A stretch of 64,000 nt of DNA from Anaerolineales bacterium (GTDB lineage Bacteria; Chloroflexota; Anaerolineae; Anaerolineales; E44-bin32): the NCBI GenBank assembly GCA_034430395.1, contig DAOUEQ010000008.1:7581-71580 (forward strand), given 5' to 3'. The notes below the pieces were generated by a model. The model saw nothing but the letters and a program-made list of their open reading frames with translations. It made no database searches and was not told the DNA's origin. The translations under genes were made by a program, and so were the position numbers. Shown here in pieces: positions 10,711 to 20,185 of the stretch (the first letter of the stretch is position 1; each line of letters starts with the position of its first letter).

Positions 10711-11268
10711 ATGGTAAAGGATGCACTCGAAGAGGCTCAAGCTCGCATGAAAGGAGCGATCGTTTCCTTCGAGGAAGATCTCGCTTCGATTCGAACAGGT
10801 CGCGCCTCTCCAGCTCTAGTCGATCGTCTATCTGTTGAGTACTATGGCAATCCAACGCCGTTGATGCAGCTTGCAACGATATCTGCTCCTGAACCGAGAC
10901 TTCTCACAATCCGTCCCTTCGATCCGGCTAGCATTAAAGATATTGAACGTGCGATCATGTCTTCAGATCTGGGTCTCAATCCCAACAACGATGGCAAGCT
11001 CATCCGCTTGAGCATACCCCCCTTGACCGAAGAACGCCGCCATGAACTCGTCCGTGTTGTTAAGAATCGAGCTGAGGAAGCTCGTGTTGCAGTGAGGAAT
11101 GTGCGCAGGGATGTCCAGAATGACATGCGGGAGTTCGAGCGCGAGAAAATGATTTCGGAGGACGAACTCAAGCGCGGCGAGGGCGATCTCCAAAAGCATA
11201 CGGATCATCACATTGACCAGATCAATGAAATCGGGGAACGTAAAGAAACTGAGGTCCTTGAAGGTTGA
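10711..11268 (+). CDS. frr: ribosome recycling factor
   Basis: 185 aa. Contains IRTGRASPALVDRL.VEYYG..TPL and IPPLTEERR. AAAGGAG SD is present. Confidence 0.93.
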   Translation: MVKDALEEAQARMKGAIVSFEEDLASIRTGRASPALVDRLSVEYYGNPTPLMQLATISAPEPRLLTIRPFDPASIKDIERAIMSSDLGLNPNNDGKLIRLSIPPLTEERRHELVRVVKNRAEEARVAVRNVRRDVQNDMREFEREKMISEDELKRGEGDLQKHTDHHIDQINEIGERKETEVLEG

Positions 11269-11287
11269 TTAAAACTTCACGCAACCT

Positions 11288-12025
11288 ATGACGGATGAAT
11301 CTGACATAAAACTTCCAGCGAAAATCCCTGAGCACGTTGCCATCATCATGGACGGCAATGGTCGTTGGGCGCGCTCGCGTGGATTGCCGCGCATGGCGGG
11401 TCACCGCGCTGGTGTTGATAATCTACGTCGGATCCTCGAAGCCGCCGCGGAATACGGGATCGAGTATCTTACGATCTATGCTTTCTCAACGGAGAACTGG
11501 AAACGCCCTCCAGCTGAGGTGAAGGGATTGATTAATATTCTCGAGGATGTAATCGATAGAGAATTGGAATCGCTTCATGAAAATGGCGTTCAATTGCGTC
11601 ATATTGGACGTCTTGAACAGCTAAAACCGGAGCTTCAAGATAAGGTCAAACATGCCATCAAATTAACAAGAAGTAACGACCGGTTGATTCTCAACGTGGC
11701 ATGGAACTATGGCGGTCGTGACGAGATTGTTTGTGCCATCAAGGAGATGATCTCGGACGGTATTCAACCCGATGAAATCACCGAAGCTCTTGTTAGCCGG
11801 TACCTCTTCACTTCCGATTCCCCTGACCCAGATTTGATCATTCGAACGTCAGGTGAGATGCGTGTGAGCAATTTCCTCATCTGGCAAGGCGCTTACTCAG
11901 AGTGGTATGTCACTACAACCTACTGGCCTGATTTCGATCCTGAAGAATTACTTAAGGCGCTGCACGTCTACGCGCAGCGTGAACGCCGCTACGGACGGAT
12001 CTCAGACAAGGTGTCATCAAGGTAA
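11288..12025 (+). CDS. uppS: di-trans,poly-cis-undecaprenyl-diphosphate synthase
   Basis: HVAIIMDGNGRWA...FSTENWKRP...RTSGEMRVSNFLIWQ are cis-prenyltransferase motifs. Confidence 0.92.
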   Translation: MTDESDIKLPAKIPEHVAIIMDGNGRWARSRGLPRMAGHRAGVDNLRRILEAAAEYGIEYLTIYAFSTENWKRPPAEVKGLINILEDVIDRELESLHENGVQLRHIGRLEQLKPELQDKVKHAIKLTRSNDRLILNVAWNYGGRDEIVCAIKEMISDGIQPDEITEALVSRYLFTSDSPDPDLIIRTSGEMRVSNFLIWQGAYSEWYVTTTYWPDFDPEELLKALHVYAQRERRYGRISDKVSSR

Positions 12026-12027
12026 AT

Positions 12028-12852
12028 ATGCTGCCTGAGCGAAGCGCCATTGCTCTCCTGTTCTTCCCATTGATTGCGTGGATTATTGCCGACGGCAGCT
12101 GGTTGTACGCCGCCAGCATCACGGGCATTCTGACAATGGCGGCCTATGAATACGGCAGCCTCTTTTGTGCTGGTGGTTACCGTCCGGCAAAACCCTTATT
12201 AATCATTGGCGTTATCGCAATCGTACTCATCCGCTTCAATTTTGGATTTGAGTTTGATCATTTTCTTCTCGCAGGCATCGGTTTAATTGCGATGACCTGG
12301 CATGTGATCGACTTCGAACGGGGAGCACCTAAATCCGGTACGGATTTTGCCCTAACCCTCAGCGGGATACTTTATGTCGGGTGGATTGGAGCCTTCTTTA
12401 TTACGATCCGTCGTATGCCCGATGGCCTCTGGTGGTTCTTATTGTCCCTGCTTTCGATTTGGATTGCGGATTCAGCAGCCCTCCTTTTTGGGCGTAGGTT
12501 TGGTCGCCATAAGCTCGCCCCCCGCGTGAGTCCAAAAAAAACCTGGGAAGGCTACCTTGCCGGTATTGGAATGGGGATTCTAGGTGGTGCGGGTCTGGCA
12601 TTGCTTTGGAGAATCGGGGCCGGATCGCTCGCGGGAATAAACGCTATGTCGGGTGCGATCATCGGGGGGGTGGTCGGAACCGTCGCACCGATGGGTGACC
12701 TCGGCATAAGTATGTTCAAACGTCAATTCGGCGAGAAGGATACAGGGGCGTTGCTCCCTGGCCATGGTGGAGTTCTGGATAGAATCGATACTTGGCTATG
12801 GTCAGCCGTAATAGGTTACTTTCTTGTGATTATATTAACGAGCACAGGATGA
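12028..12852 (+). CDS. cdsA: phosphatidate cytidylyltransferase
   Basis: Polytopic membrane protein with the CTP-transferase signature SMFKRQFGEKDTGALLPGHGGVLDRID. Confidence 0.9.
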   Translation: MLPERSAIALLFFPLIAWIIADGSWLYAASITGILTMAAYEYGSLFCAGGYRPAKPLLIIGVIAIVLIRFNFGFEFDHFLLAGIGLIAMTWHVIDFERGAPKSGTDFALTLSGILYVGWIGAFFITIRRMPDGLWWFLLSLLSIWIADSAALLFGRRFGRHKLAPRVSPKKTWEGYLAGIGMGILGGAGLALLWRIGAGSLAGINAMSGAIIGGVVGTVAPMGDLGISMFKRQFGEKDTGALLPGHGGVLDRIDTWLWSAVIGYFLVIILTSTG

Positions 12853-12876
12853 ATCAGAAAGCTGGAGAGTGTCTAA

Positions 12877-13872
12877 ATGAGTAAAAAACCATCACACAAT
12901 CTCGCGTTGGATCTCGTCCGTGTCACAGAGGCGGCAGCGCTCGCAGCAGGACGGTGGATGGGTCGAGGGCAGAAGGAGGATGGAGACCGAGCAGCGGTAG
13001 ATGCCATGCGCCTGGTGTTGAATTCAATCGACATCGATGGAGTAATCGTCATTGGCGAGGGTGAGAAGGATGAAGCCCCGATGCTTTTCAATGGTGAGAG
13101 ACTTGGAACCGGGAATGGACCAGCATTGGATATCGCTGTGGACCCGGTCGAAGGTACGCGTCTCCTCGCCCAAGGTAGACCGAATTCTGTTGCGACCGTC
13201 GCCTTGGCTGAGAGCGGTTCGATGTTCAATCCAGGACCGATTGTTTACATGCATAAAATAGCAGTCGGTTTGGCGGGGAAGGGGCATATTGATATTGACG
13301 CTCCAATCGAGGTGAATCTAAATATGATCGCTCGTGAAAAGGGCGCAGACGTCGACGACCTGACAGTGGTTATTCTCGAACGTCAGCGACATGAGGAACT
13401 GATCCAGCGCGTCCGCGAGACCGGCGCTCGAATCCGGCTGATCACCGATGGTGATGTCGCCGGTGCAATGTTGGCTGCGCGACCTAACTCGGGAATTGAT
13501 CTCTTAATTGGAATTGGCGGGACTCCAGAAGGAGTGCTTTCCGCCTGCGCGTTGAAATGCATGGGCGGTGAGATCCAGGGGCGTTTGTATGCCAGGAACG
13601 ACGCCGAAGCGAAAGCGGCGAAGGATCTGGGTTACGATTTGGATAAAGTGCTCAGGATCGATGATCTCGTAGCAACTGATGACATCTTCTTTGCCGTAAC
13701 AGGCATCACCGACGGTGAATTAGTGGATGGAGTGAAGTACTTCGGTGCTGGTGCGCGAACGCATAGCCTCGTGATGAGAGGGATAACAGGAACCGTGCGC
13801 GAGGTGATCGCAACCCACCGCTGGGACAAATTAATGGTGGTAAGCGAAATTCAATACGATCGCATCGGGTGA
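12877..13872 (+). CDS. glpX: class II fructose-1,6-bisphosphatase
   Basis: 331 aa. LALDLVRVTEAAALAAGRWMGRG.K...D..AVDAMR and the downstream GlpX core are present. Confidence 0.9.
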   Translation: MSKKPSHNLALDLVRVTEAAALAAGRWMGRGQKEDGDRAAVDAMRLVLNSIDIDGVIVIGEGEKDEAPMLFNGERLGTGNGPALDIAVDPVEGTRLLAQGRPNSVATVALAESGSMFNPGPIVYMHKIAVGLAGKGHIDIDAPIEVNLNMIAREKGADVDDLTVVILERQRHEELIQRVRETGARIRLITDGDVAGAMLAARPNSGIDLLIGIGGTPEGVLSACALKCMGGEIQGRLYARNDAEAKAAKDLGYDLDKVLRIDDLVATDDIFFAVTGITDGELVDGVKYFGAGARTHSLVMRGITGTVREVIATHRWDKLMVVSEIQYDRIG

Positions 13873-14062
13873 CCCATCCGCGGACCCAAAAGTGCCATAG
13901 TGCGAAAGATGCGGCGCTTAGATAACCCGCCAAGGTTCTAAATAAGGTTAAAATCGGCATTTGCGAATTATTGAAGATTTTCGAAAGGATTCGGTTTGGG
14001 TCTACTTGGTGAGGGCAGGGATTATTTGAGAGAGTGGATAGTGAATAGGAATAGAGCGCTTC

Positions 14063-14091
14063 TTGCACCCCTCATTTCTGCGTGCTATAAT
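14063..14091 (+). promoter_or_regulatory. rho promoter
   Basis: TTGCAC (14063-14068), N17, TATAAT (14086-14091). It is followed by a roughly 170-nt G-poor leader up to the ATG at 14267. Confidence 0.55.
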
Positions 14092-14266
14092 GCCTGCGTT
14101 CAAGAAGACTTGCTGTCTCAGAACAGCGCCCCCTTCAACTAACTCTGACCAGAATAACATTTGAGCTATCCTCGAATAGTTATCACTATAAGTGATTACC
14201 TACATATTAATCTTGAATACCAATCGATAGAAGCAATAAACGAAATTTTCCATTGGGAGTACATTA

Positions 14267-15541
14267 ATGAATATTGGGCAACTTGAAGGGATGACTCTGG
14301 CCGACCTCAGGGATTTGTCGAAAGAGTATGATGTGAGCGGCGCTTCCCGCATGAAAAAAGAGGACTTGATCCTCCGCATTATGCAAATGGATGCGGAGCG
14401 CAGAGGGCTGGAGCTGCGCGGGGGCGTGTTAGAGATTATGAACGAGGGGATGGGGTTCCTGCGCGCAGATCACTATCTCCCAGGGCGTAATGATATCTAT
14501 GTCTCACAGTCCCAGATGAGGCGTTTTAAATTGCGAACAGGGGATATGATTATAGGCCAAATCCGCCCCCCGAAAGATACAGAGAAATACTTCGGCTTGC
14601 TCCGTGTGGAATCGATAAATGGCTTGGATCCGGAAGAAGCGAAAGAGCGACCAAGGTTCAACGACCTTACACCGATCTTCCCGGAGGAACGGTTTGACCT
14701 CGAGACTGATCGGTTCACGCTCGCGACGCGATTGATTAATTTGATCGCGCCTATCGGCAAAGGGCAGCGCGGGTTAATTGTCTCCCCACCAAAGGCGGGA
14801 AAAACGACGGTATTAAAACAAATCGCCAACGCGATTTCTCTGAAGTATCCTGAGATTCACCTCATGGTCGCGCTCATCGGCGAGCGACCGGAAGAGGTGA
14901 CCGATATGGATCGGTCGGTCGACGCAGAAGTGATTGCATCCACGTTTGATGAGCCGGTCACTTCCCATGTAAGGGCGGCAGAAATGGCGTTGGAGAGAGC
15001 CAAGCGTTTGGTGGAGTGCGGGAAGGATGTCGCCATCCTTCTAGATTCCATCACGCGCCTTTCGAGGGCTTATAACTTGATGGTAACGCCATCGGGCAGG
15101 ACTCTCTCGGGTGGTATCGACCCCGCTGCCCTCTACCCGCCGAAGCGTTTCTTCGGAGCGGCACGGAACATTGAAGAGGGCGGTTCGCTTACAATCATCG
15201 CTACGACTCTTGTAGACACGGGCTCTCGCATGGACGATGTTGTCTATGAGGAATTTAAGGGAACCGGGAACATGGAACTTCATCTCTCACGCAAGCTACA
15301 AGAGAGACGAGTTTTCCCCGCCTTTGATATCGATCGCTCCTCGACCCGCCGTGAGGAACTACTGCTTGGGCCAGATCTCACGCGGCGAGTATGGCTGATG
15401 CGGAGGATGTTCGCTCAAATGATCGAACCACCGATCGGGGCTGGGATGGACATCACAACAGCTACAGAAGCGCTCTTGCACCGCATCGCACAAACCGAAA
15501 ACAACATCGAATTTCTTGAAACCCTCTCCGAAGATCAATAA
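14267..15541 (+). CDS. rho: transcription termination factor Rho
   Basis: 424 aa with an N-terminal RNA-binding domain, Walker [17 protein letters not shown], and the RecA-type core. Confidence 0.95.
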   Translation: MNIGQLEGMTLADLRDLSKEYDVSGASRMKKEDLILRIMQMDAERRGLELRGGVLEIMNEGMGFLRADHYLPGRNDIYVSQSQMRRFKLRTGDMIIGQIRPPKDTEKYFGLLRVESINGLDPEEAKERPRFNDLTPIFPEERFDLETDRFTLATRLINLIAPIGKGQRGLIVSPPKAGKTTVLKQIANAISLKYPEIHLMVALIGERPEEVTDMDRSVDAEVIASTFDEPVTSHVRAAEMALERAKRLVECGKDVAILLDSITRLSRAYNLMVTPSGRTLSGGIDPAALYPPKRFFGAARNIEEGGSLTIIATTLVDTGSRMDDVVYEEFKGTGNMELHLSRKLQERRVFPAFDIDRSSTRREELLLGPDLTRRVWLMRRMFAQMIEPPIGAGMDITTATEALLHRIAQTENNIEFLETLSEDQ

Positions 15542-16610
15542 CCAACAAACACCACGACGCCAGCGGCGACGGCTGTGGGCCGGCGCGCTTTTCCTCATTG
15601 GCACGCTGGCTGTAATCGCGGCCGGTTGGGCGATCGCGTTGAATTTTAGATCGGGCATCCAAGCTGGCTATTCAACGGCATCATCTGATAAACGTATATC
15701 TTCTGGAGACCTCACAGATATCTCCGCTCTTCCTGTTTACGAACCTGACATTGATACGAAGATGCTCTCCCGGGTGGCGAACCTGAACACGTCGAAGCCA
15801 AGTCGGTCACGCATCGACGTCCTTCGCTACACAGTTCAGCCGGGCGATTCAGTTTTTGGGATTTCGGAAAAGTTTGGGATCGAAGCGGAGACACTGCTGT
15901 GGGGAAATTTTGAGGTTCTAAATGACGACCCTCACCTATTAAAACCTGGCCAGGAGTTGAATATCCTGCCTGTCGACGGGACATATTATGAATGGCAGGA
16001 CGATGATGACCTCGATCAGGTCGCTAGCTTTTTCGGTGTTGAGCCGCGGCAGATCATTGAATATCCAGGAAACCACATCAGTATCGTTGATCCGCAGATC
16101 ATGCCCGGGACGTGGTTGATCATACCCGAAGGCCGGAGAGCTTTTAGGCAGTGGTTTGTCCCGACAATTGCTCGAGGGCACGCGGGCGTCGGCGCGGCAT
16201 ATGGTCCCGGTGGATGCACCGGAACTTATACAGGGGTTATCGGAACCGGCGGTTTCATCTGGCCAGCGTCAAACCACTACATCTCCGGCAATGACTATTG
16301 GTCCGGCCACTTGGCGATTGATATCGCCGCGGGGATGGGGGCGGGAATAAGGGCGGCAGACAGCGGGGTCATCGTTTTCGCTGGCTGGTCGACGGTTGGT
16401 TATGGCAATATGGTAATGATTGATCATGGGAATGGATGGCAAACTGTGTATGCCCACTTGAGCCAAGTCAATGTGAGCTGTGGACAGAGTGTGAACCAGG
16501 GGCAAAGTGTCGGGTTAGCCGGTTCAACCGGCAATTCGACGGGACCCCACCTGCATTTTGAAACCCGTTTTCAAGATGGATTTGTTAATCCGTGGTATGT
16601 TCTTCCTTAG
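15516..16610 (+). CDS. LysM-domain M23 metallopeptidase (membrane-anchored)
   Basis: N-terminal TM helix, LysM-like YTVQPGDSVFGISEKFG, and a C-terminal M23 core (HLAIDIA...GYGNMVMIDHGNGWQTVYAHLS...GSTGNSTGPHLHFE). The only in-frame start before the TM helix is TTG 15516, which overlaps the rho 3' end by 26 nt. Confidence 0.8.
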   Translation: MKPSPKINNQQTPRRQRRRLWAGALFLIGTLAVIAAGWAIALNFRSGIQAGYSTASSDKRISSGDLTDISALPVYEPDIDTKMLSRVANLNTSKPSRSRIDVLRYTVQPGDSVFGISEKFGIEAETLLWGNFEVLNDDPHLLKPGQELNILPVDGTYYEWQDDDDLDQVASFFGVEPRQIIEYPGNHISIVDPQIMPGTWLIIPEGRRAFRQWFVPTIARGHAGVGAAYGPGGCTGTYTGVIGTGGFIWPASNHYISGNDYWSGHLAIDIAAGMGAGIRAADSGVIVFAGWSTVGYGNMVMIDHGNGWQTVYAHLSQVNVSCGQSVNQGQSVGLAGSTGNSTGPHLHFETRFQDGFVNPWYVLP

Positions 16611-16652
16611 GATGTATTTTGCCTGTTCTTGACGGTCCACAACACACTTGAT

Positions 16653-17867
16653 ATGATGCGCGCACGAGATCAGTGGAAGGCGGATAGATTGCAGGAAAAG
16701 GCGACGAATAAGCGTAGAAAACGTACGCTCCCAATTCGAGCATGGAAGCGCATCGAATTGTGGGCGAAAATTTGCGTGGTTACGTTGCGAGATCCTATCC
16801 TGCGTTTCACTGGCCATCTAGCCCTTCTAACCCTTATAGCGTTAGGTGTGTGGGCTGCCCGTCTTGGTTGGGATACACTGCCAATGGACGCCTATGCCGG
16901 CATGGCGGAAGAAAACGAAAGCGCCATGCTTGAACCACCAACGGTATTAGGGCTGGGGATTGCCGACCTTCCTCCATACGCGGGCGGCTCAACACAATTT
17001 ACGGGTGTGGGGCGATCGGTAGACATCCATACAGTTTTCCCTGAACGTCCACGCCTTGATTTGATCACATACCAGGTGCAGGAGGGGGACAGCCTCTTTG
17101 GGATCGCGGACAAATTCAGCCTGAAGCCTGAAACGATCTTATGGGGTAACTTCGACGTGCTCCAGGATAACCCCCACCGACTCAAACCCGGGCAGGAGCT
17201 CAACATTCCACCCGTGGATGGAACGCTGTATGAATGGCATGAAGGCGATGGCTTGAATGGGGTTGCGCAGTTCTTCGGAGTTGAATCAGGCGAGATAATC
17301 CAATGGCCGACGAATCATATCGACCCCAACATGGATCCGGAGAACCCAGATATCGAAGCAGGTACGGTGCTGATTATCCCCGGCGGTCGTCGCGAACTGG
17401 TCTCATGGAGCGCACCGCGCATCTCACGCAGCAACCCTGCGGTGGCAAAGGTCCTTGGACCGGGTGCCTGCGGCTCGATCTATGATGGTGTTGTTGGCAG
17501 CGGGATATTCATATTTCCAACACCTTTGCACTATGTCTCCGGCTTCGATTACAGCTCCATCCATCCGGCGATCGACCTCGCCGGCAGCACCGGGCATGCC
17601 ATCTTCGCTTCGGATTCGGGCGTCGTGGTCTATGCGGGTTGGAATGACTGGGGATACGGTTACGTGATCGTCCTGGATCACGGCAATGGGTGGCAAACGC
17701 TGTATGCTCACCTCAGCGCCATTAATGTGGTTTGTGGGCAATCCGTCTATCAGGGTGATGTGATCGGCGCGATGGGCTCAACCGGCAATTCTTCGGGACC
17801 TCACTTGCATTTCGAGATCATGCACGATGAATACGGCAAAGTAAACCCTCACAATTTTCTGCAGTAA
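16653..17867 (+). CDS. LysM-domain M23 metallopeptidase, paralogue of the preceding gene
   Basis: Same architecture and long colinear similarity to the upstream gene (LNIPPVDGTLYEWHEGDGL.., HPAIDLA.., GSTGNSSGPHLHFE). The ORF track begins at TTG 16629. The first ATGs are at 16653/16656. Confidence 0.8.
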   Translation: MMRARDQWKADRLQEKATNKRRKRTLPIRAWKRIELWAKICVVTLRDPILRFTGHLALLTLIALGVWAARLGWDTLPMDAYAGMAEENESAMLEPPTVLGLGIADLPPYAGGSTQFTGVGRSVDIHTVFPERPRLDLITYQVQEGDSLFGIADKFSLKPETILWGNFDVLQDNPHRLKPGQELNIPPVDGTLYEWHEGDGLNGVAQFFGVESGEIIQWPTNHIDPNMDPENPDIEAGTVLIIPGGRRELVSWSAPRISRSNPAVAKVLGPGACGSIYDGVVGSGIFIFPTPLHYVSGFDYSSIHPAIDLAGSTGHAIFASDSGVVVYAGWNDWGYGYVIVLDHGNGWQTLYAHLSAINVVCGQSVYQGDVIGAMGSTGNSSGPHLHFEIMHDEYGKVNPHNFLQ

Positions 17868-17892
17868 GACGAATAGTCAATGGCTTTCTTCA

Positions 17893-17930
17893 GGCCCACA
17901 GTCGTGTGCACTTGGGTGTGGGCTTTTCTA
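17893..17930 (+). terminator. rho-independent terminator after the M23 pair
   Basis: GGCCCACA / TGTGGGCT stem around a 16-nt loop, followed by TTTTCTATTAT. Confidence 0.5.
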
Positions 17931-18001
17931 TTATCTGACCTAGCTGGAGCGTCCGATCGGTGGCTCACGATGTTCGCGCGCACACTTGGGAAAGCCTCAG
18001 G

Positions 18002-18030
18002 TTGAGCGTATTCTCTCTTTGATCTACAAT
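18002..18030 (+). promoter_or_regulatory. possible promoter of the CoA-transferase operon, implying a ~220-nt leader
   Basis: TTGAGC (18002-18007), N17, TACAAT (18025-18030). Consensus match only. Confidence 0.35.
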
Positions 18031-18256
18031 GGGGGCTGCCCGATTTACGGAAGTGATCCGTACATTTCAATCATCGACATGTGTGAATTTCATTTACAGG
18101 TGTGAACTTCTAAAGGAGTGCCCAGGGAGCGCATTGGGGATAGGAAATTGCGTATTTTGAATCACCTGGATATTTTAATGGGAATACCAGTGTTGGTGTT
18201 TACAGATTGACCTAACCGGCATCAGAGAAGCGAATACATTTGATAGGGAGCTACAT

Positions 18257-19231
18257 ATGAAAGTTATTGATGAAGGGATCGGGAAACTCATTCAGCCAGT
18301 TGATCTTGAAGGTTTCCGAAAATCGAATCGGAGTAAGCCTAAACAATTGCTTGATAAGCGGATGAGTGAAGCGGAGGCGGTTGAACGCTTCATTCATGAC
18401 GGCGATTATGTCGGCACAGAGCTTTATGGCACGGTCCGCTGTCCTATGTCTCTAGTCAACGAGATCATTCGCCAGGGTGTGAAAGACCTGCGCTTGGTTG
18501 GACAGGGTGTGACTGAGCTCGATATACTTCTGGCTGCAAAACTGGTAAAGGTTATGGATATCACCTATGTGGGTCTGGAGGTTTATGGGGTCTCGAATGT
18601 CTTTCGGCGTCTAGCAGAGAGCGGGCAGATTGAGACCTGCGTCGAGTGGAGTAACGGTGGGCTTGTGACGCGATTTAAAGCTGCCGCGATGGGGGTTCCA
18701 TTTCTTCCTATACGTTCCATGCTGGGGACGGACACTTATAAATACAGCGCTGCAAAAACGGTGGAATGCCCTTTTACGGGCGATCCAATCTGCCTCGTAC
18801 CAGCGCTTATTCTGGATGTGGGGTTGATCCATGTCCATCGTGCCGACAAGTATGGGAATGCCCAGATCGATGGCATAAGTGGTTTCGCTACGGAGATGGC
18901 GCGGGCTTCCAAGCGCTTGATCATCAGTACAGAAGAAATCATCCCAAACGACGAGATTCGTAAAAACCCTGGTGAAACGATCATTCCTTATTTCCTTGTG
19001 GATGCCGTTGTTGAAGCTCCATTTGGCTCCCACCCGGGCGAGATGTGCTATGTGTATGAACGTGATGAGGTCCAGATTAAAGAATGGGTCGAGGTATCGA
19101 AAACTGAGGAAGGCGCCCAAGCGTATCTTGACAAGTATATCCATAGCGTCAACAACCATCAGGAGTATTTGGAAATGATCGGAAAGGACCGTCTGGATCA
19201 GCTTCAAGCATTGGTGCCGGGGAGGTTATGA
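18257..19231 (+). CDS. family-I CoA-transferase subunit A (glutaconate CoA-transferase-like)
   Basis: 324 aa with overall similarity to GctA/AtoD-type alpha subunits (DGDYVG...GQGV.ELD.L). GGGAG SD is present. The stop overlaps the start of subunit B. Confidence 0.75.
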   Translation: MKVIDEGIGKLIQPVDLEGFRKSNRSKPKQLLDKRMSEAEAVERFIHDGDYVGTELYGTVRCPMSLVNEIIRQGVKDLRLVGQGVTELDILLAAKLVKVMDITYVGLEVYGVSNVFRRLAESGQIETCVEWSNGGLVTRFKAAAMGVPFLPIRSMLGTDTYKYSAAKTVECPFTGDPICLVPALILDVGLIHVHRADKYGNAQIDGISGFATEMARASKRLIISTEEIIPNDEIRKNPGETIIPYFLVDAVVEAPFGSHPGEMCYVYERDEVQIKEWVEVSKTEEGAQAYLDKYIHSVNNHQEYLEMIGKDRLDQLQALVPGRL

Positions 19232-19998
19232 TGACGGAGAATGGCTACAATCCAACGGAACTTTTGATTTGCACTGCTTCGCGGCAGGTGCCGGATAATA
19301 CGACGGCATTCATAGGAACTGGGATTCCCATGATCGCGGCTTCGCTGGCGCAGAAGATGCACGCGCCCAATTTGGTTACCTTCTTTGAATTTGGTGGCAT
19401 GGGTGCTATTTTGGAAAATCTCCCCATTGCAGTTGGTGAGCGCCGCTCGTTTCACAAGGCGGTGGCCGCAACGGGACTCGCAGATATGGTGGAGACTGCC
19501 CAGAGAGGGTTCATTGAATATGGTTTTATCGGTGGTGCCCAAATTGACCCCTATGGCAACCTCAACAGCACCGTGATCGGAGAGTATGCCCATCCAAAAG
19601 TGAGACTACCGGGCAGTGGTGGTGGAAACGATGTCGGATCGCACTGTTGGCGGACGATTGCCATTATGCCCCATGACCAGCGTAGGTTCATCGCTAAGGT
19701 GGATTTCATCACTACCCCGGGATATCTTACCGGCCCTGGCGCACGCGAAGCGGCTGGGTTACCACGAGATACGGGCCCTCATCGGGTCGTCACAACGTTA
19801 GCGGTTCTGGGTTTCCATCCCGAGAGCAAGCGCATGATGCTGCTCGCCACTCAACCGGGGGTAAAAGTCGAGGATGTTATTGAGAACACCGGTTTTGAGC
19901 TCCTTATGGCGGATGAGATCGAAGCGAACCCACCCCCGACGGACGAGGAGTTGAGAATACTGCGCGAGGAGGTCGACAAAGACAGGCTCTATATCTAG
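19228..19998 (+). CDS. family-I CoA-transferase subunit B
   Basis: 256 aa of beta-subunit type (IGTGIP......GGAQID.YGN.N......GSGGGND). Translationally coupled to subunit A (GGGGAGG, then ATGATG). Confidence 0.75.
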   Translation: MMTENGYNPTELLICTASRQVPDNTTAFIGTGIPMIAASLAQKMHAPNLVTFFEFGGMGAILENLPIAVGERRSFHKAVAATGLADMVETAQRGFIEYGFIGGAQIDPYGNLNSTVIGEYAHPKVRLPGSGGGNDVGSHCWRTIAIMPHDQRRFIAKVDFITTPGYLTGPGAREAAGLPRDTGPHRVVTTLAVLGFHPESKRMMLLATQPGVKVEDVIENTGFELLMADEIEANPPPTDEELRILREEVDKDRLYI

Positions 19999-20010
19999 GG
20001 CAGGGAAGAG

Positions 20011-20049
20011 AAAGCCTCTGATGTTATGCACATCAGAGGCTTTTTGTTT
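20011..20049. terminator. rho-independent terminator (strong on +, usable on -)
   Basis: 13-bp perfect stem AAAGCCTCTGATG / CATCAGAGGCTTT with a 7-nt loop, then TTTTTGTTTC on the + strand. It sits between convergent genes. Confidence 0.7.
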
Positions 20050-20185
20050 CTCTGAACCCCGAAAGGGTTCGGACCAGAGGCTCATCCCTCCGCAAGCGGG
20101 CGGCCATCCTTACCGTCTGGTCTTAGTATCGTGATAAGGCGGGTATTTACGCCGGGGTTGAGGGGTGGTCGGGCAGATCTTAGAC

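Noticed and set aside
10505-10717. 200-nt gap between pyrH and frr containing a 67-aa ORF (10514-10717)
   Set aside because: The ORF has a non-ATG start, no SD and an implausible composition. I found no convincing promoter or structure, so it is left unannotated.
18088-18120. TGTGAATTTCATTTACAGGTGTGAA, considered as a CRP/FNR-type site
   Set aside because: Only the TGTGA half-site matches. The second half is not TCACA at the correct N6 spacing, and the arrangement is a direct rather than an inverted repeat.
20050-20185. Hairpin-rich convergent intergenic region (GAACCC-cgaaa-GGGTTC at 20054-20070, CCAGA...TCTGG at 20074-20120), considered as a small RNA (SRP, 6S or other)
   Set aside because: No conserved SRP, 6S, tmRNA or RNase P motifs were recognised, and there are no promoter-like hexamers. 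It is most simply terminator-proximal structure. It remains unverified without a covariance-model scan.
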